From the sequence record NC_031010.1: a DNA stretch of 64,000 nt; one strand, written 5' to 3'. The notes beneath the pieces are model-generated. The model was given only the letters and a program-made list of their open reading frames with translations. It had not been told where the DNA came from and ran no database searches. How positions within the stretch are numbered: the stretch's first letter is position 1; each line of letters begins with the position of its first letter. The position numbers were made by a program, and so were the translations under genes. This document shows, one piece after another, positions 61,180 through 64,000 of this stretch.

Positions 61180-61980
61180 ATGTCTATTACCTCCAAAGAG
61201 AATCTGCTAAAACTCATCAACGAAGAATGTCAGATTAGCCCTGCGCTAACTTTCAACGACGTTGATATTTCTCTGCCGGAAGTGGTGTCCGTCGACGGTC
61301 GCGATTCGAGTGTGGTGTTAACGTCCAAGATAAAAGATGATGAGGGGTCTCAGGTTGAGGTCTTTTACCATCGTCGTCCCTTACCGGACTATATCAAAAA
61401 CAACAACACTTTTGGTGACGAAGATATTGCGTCTGCGCATGACATTCTCACTGCGATTAATGATCGTTTCGGCCTCAACATTCTTCCTGACGATGTGGAA
61501 GATACGCCGCGCTCCGGCAATGCAATAACGTTGACAGCAGAACCTCTCTCCCACGAGTGGCGAGGTGATGTTGTCATTCAACTTAAACCGGCGGTTCAAC
61601 TGAACTCCGTGTTGACCAACACGCAACTGGATGGCTTGCAGTACCCAGACCATCAGGATGCGTTAACCGTGGGCCAAGCCTACATCTATTCTCGTGACAC
61701 CGATTTTAGTCACATCAAGAAATTCCTTAACACCCTTGCGGTTGGGCTGGATTTAGATGACACCGCGATGGCAGAGCAGGTTAACAAATGTGTGCCAGAA
61801 CTGTGGGTGTCAGTAGATACCCCTGCGGCGTACAACTTCCGTGATGCCACTGTGGTGTTTGTCGGTGAACCAAAAGACCGTGTTGGGGCGAACACCGCCT
61901 TTACCAACGTGGTATCGATTGCGCTCTCTGACAAGTGTACGAACTTCCAAGGCGTCCTTAACTTACACTTTAACAACTAG
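61180..61980 (+). CDS. tail/baseplate paralog-family structural protein
   Basis: LLKLINEE...VFYHRRPL...INDRFGLNI...C-terminal GVLNLHFN. Confidence 0.7.
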   Translation: MSITSKENLLKLINEECQISPALTFNDVDISLPEVVSVDGRDSSVVLTSKIKDDEGSQVEVFYHRRPLPDYIKNNNTFGDEDIASAHDILTAINDRFGLNILPDDVEDTPRSGNAITLTAEPLSHEWRGDVVIQLKPAVQLNSVLTNTQLDGLQYPDHQDALTVGQAYIYSRDTDFSHIKKFLNTLAVGLDLDDTAMAEQVNKCVPELWVSVDTPAAYNFRDATVVFVGEPKDRVGANTAFTNVVSIALSDKCTNFQGVLNLHFNN

Positions 61981-61990
61981 GAGGGTCTAG

Positions 61991-62824
61991 GTGTCTATTT
62001 ACGATAAACCCTCGAAAGAGATGTTGTTAGAGGCCATCAACGTTCAGAACGGGACCTCGTTAACGTGGAATCAGATTGCTGCGGGTTTCCCGGAGAAAAT
62101 CAGTACCCCGTTAGCGCCCCGCGATACCCGTGTCTTAATCTACGGGTTGAACGGTGGTGGGTACAAGGGCAACGTCACCATTGAATACAACCGCATTGAC
62201 TTTGCGGTGCTGTTCCGTAATGTGATTCCGGTTGTCGTCACGAACCCTGTTGCGAAGCTCTCTGACCTGCTGCCTTTCTTAAATAAGAAATACGGCTTGT
62301 CATTAACCGCGGATGATATCGTTGACCAGTCTGTGGCGGATTTAGGCGAGAGCTGGATTCTGCCGGTGCAGATAAAGTCGGGTAACCTTGCATGGCAAAC
62401 CGATTTCAATCTGCGCTTTGCGAAGTTCTTCCCGAACCTGAAAGACGTTGTGACCGACGTGGACTTGACTGCCATCGTTGCGCCATTTGAAGCCGGGCTT
62501 AAGCCCCATGCGGAATACGTGGCCTACGGCTATGACTACACCGAGATTGCCAGTACCTTTAATAATGATTGGACAACCAATCGGGTGCTGACACAAGCGG
62601 ATGTGGATGTGCTGAATGGCGTGGTGCCGTTGAAGTTTGCGTTGGTAACGGGTGCGAATGCACAGGCGGGTCAAATCGCCTTAGCCGGGGCCCGGTTAGC
62701 AGGTTCAGTGGGGATTACGCCCAACGACCGTTACGACCAAGGTTACTCGCGGGCGTTCTTGATTACCTTGGCCGCCGACAGTAACTACACCGGTCAGTTA
62801 ATCCTCCACTACACACCGAAGTAG
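61991..62824 (+). CDS. tail/baseplate paralog-family structural protein
   Basis: LLEAINVQN...IEYNRIDF...LNKKYGLSL...GQLILHYT. Confidence 0.7.
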   Translation: MSIYDKPSKEMLLEAINVQNGTSLTWNQIAAGFPEKISTPLAPRDTRVLIYGLNGGGYKGNVTIEYNRIDFAVLFRNVIPVVVTNPVAKLSDLLPFLNKKYGLSLTADDIVDQSVADLGESWILPVQIKSGNLAWQTDFNLRFAKFFPNLKDVVTDVDLTAIVAPFEAGLKPHAEYVAYGYDYTEIASTFNNDWTTNRVLTQADVDVLNGVVPLKFALVTGANAQAGQIALAGARLAGSVGITPNDRYDQGYSRAFLITLAADSNYTGQLILHYTPK

Positions 62825-62832
62825 GAACTATT

Positions 62833-63678
62833 ATGCCACTGTTAGCGACCGCTGAAGAGATTATCTTAGCCGAGCTGAACACCGAGAACCACCTCGACTT
62901 AAAAGTCGCTGACGTGCTTTACGGTGAGCCTCAGATTCCGACTTCGGCTGAGGACTTGGCACTCGCCAACGGGCACAACTCGATGGTGCGTATCCAAGCG
63001 CTCGCCACTGCCAATGCGGTGGGTGCCACCACGGTGTTTTACGACCGTGTAGACTTTGGGGTCATGTTCACCGACCTTGATGGACTACAGCCGTTGCGTG
63101 TCCCTGCTCGTCTGGACAGTGTCTTTACTTCTCACGATATCGTGAGTTTGATTAACCAGTATTACGGACTGCGTCTACGGCCCACCGATGTGGAGATGAC
63201 CTACATCGACCGCACGAACTGGACGGTACAGCTCACGGCTGCCAATAACTCCTTAGGGTGGATTGGTACGCAAGAGGTACAGCTCCTGCCGGGTGATGCG
63301 TTGTTACCGGGTAACTTCGATGCTAAAGAAGTGGAACCGTTTTCGTATCCGTATTTCAACACCAGAGTCGGTCAGGGGGCGGTCTACTCCTATCCTTGGC
63401 GTTTTGATGATTACGCAGCGGAGTTTAAAGCCGGGGGACTCAACATCACCCAAGCGCGACTCGCTGCTATTCTGAAAACGGTGACTGGCGACAGTTGGTT
63501 AGTCTACCGCAGCCCGATAAACTACAACCTCAAAGAGGCCACGGTGGTTTATAACGGAAAGAACAGCGCAGACTTACCGACCAATCCGTCAGTTGATAAC
63601 GTCTTGGTTATCGAACTGTCTTTGTATTGCCTCAACCTTGGCGGACGTTTGTATCTCCACTACAACGACCCTGACTAA
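62833..63678 (+). CDS. tail/baseplate paralog-family structural protein
   Basis: ILAELNTEN...VFYDRVDF...INQYYGLRL...GRLYLHYN. Confidence 0.7.
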   Translation: MPLLATAEEIILAELNTENHLDLKVADVLYGEPQIPTSAEDLALANGHNSMVRIQALATANAVGATTVFYDRVDFGVMFTDLDGLQPLRVPARLDSVFTSHDIVSLINQYYGLRLRPTDVEMTYIDRTNWTVQLTAANNSLGWIGTQEVQLLPGDALLPGNFDAKEVEPFSYPYFNTRVGQGAVYSYPWRFDDYAAEFKAGGLNITQARLAAILKTVTGDSWLVYRSPINYNLKEATVVYNGKNSADLPTNPSVDNVLVIELSLYCLNLGGRLYLHYNDPD

Positions 63679-63698
63679 TCCCGATAAAGGAAGTTAGA

Positions 63699-64000
63699 AT
63701 GAAACCTTTAAACAAAACCTCCGACCTCTTGGTTCTGGACTTCATTAACGAAAAGAACGTCGATGCGGATTTGGAACTCTCCAAAGTGCTGCTGGGTACC
63801 CCAGTGGTTAACGACGGTGATGACGCGGATACCCGTAACACCAAAATGGTGGTAACGGCGCGTAAGAATTCCGGTCTGGTCGGCACACAGGGCGTAACCT
63901 ATTCCCGTCTGGCTGGTGAAGCGCTGTTCCGCAACGTCACCGCGTACATCGATGTGAAAACACCGAAGACCACCGCTGACCTGCTGGATAAGCTGAATGC
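63699..64000 (+). CDS. 3'-truncated tail/baseplate paralog-family protein
   Basis: AAGGA SD; VLDFINEKN...VTYSRL; runs off the window. Confidence 0.7.
   Translation, partial: MKPLNKTSDLLVLDFINEKNVDADLELSKVLLGTPVVNDGDDADTRNTKMVVTARKNSGLVGTQGVTYSRLAGEALFRNVTAYIDVKTPKTTADLLDKLN

Noticed and set aside
1-64000. CRISPR array, group I intron, intein, homing endonuclease, transposase, integrase
   Set aside because: No regularly spaced repeats, no interrupted core ORFs and no LAGLIDADG/HNH/GIY-YIG/DDE motifs were seen by eye. A covariance or HMM scan would be needed to exclude divergent cases.

Overview
A 64 kb segment of a phiKZ-like jumbo myophage genome (Chimalliviridae-type gene order), probably infecting an enterobacterium such as Erwinia or Pantoea (inferred from an AmsF/WceF-like tailspike). 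No chimallin, tRNA, CRISPR array, intron or transposon was recognised. About 89 genes are present and all but two (DnaB-like helicase, portal) lie on the + strand. Core blocks: virion structural genes (1-3.8 kb); helicase, major capsid protein and the N-terminal part of the split non-virion RNAP beta subunit (8-17.6 kb); portal, baseplate and RuvC (20.6-27.6 kb); tailspike and tail paralog array (59-64 kb). Between them sit accessory genes with many tandem paralog sets: GNAT acetyltransferases, Dam, thymidylate kinase, SLOG, two TYW3-like proteins, a QueC-like PP-loop protein, an HslU lacking its HslV-docking tail, an apparently dead prohead-protease paralog and a protein carrying terminase-like motifs. 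Two promoter classes, about 24 intrinsic terminators and an extended Shine-Dalgarno motif are visible by eye. Family assignments come from recalled motifs, not database searches. Several starts were moved from the ORF track to the codon with the best SD.
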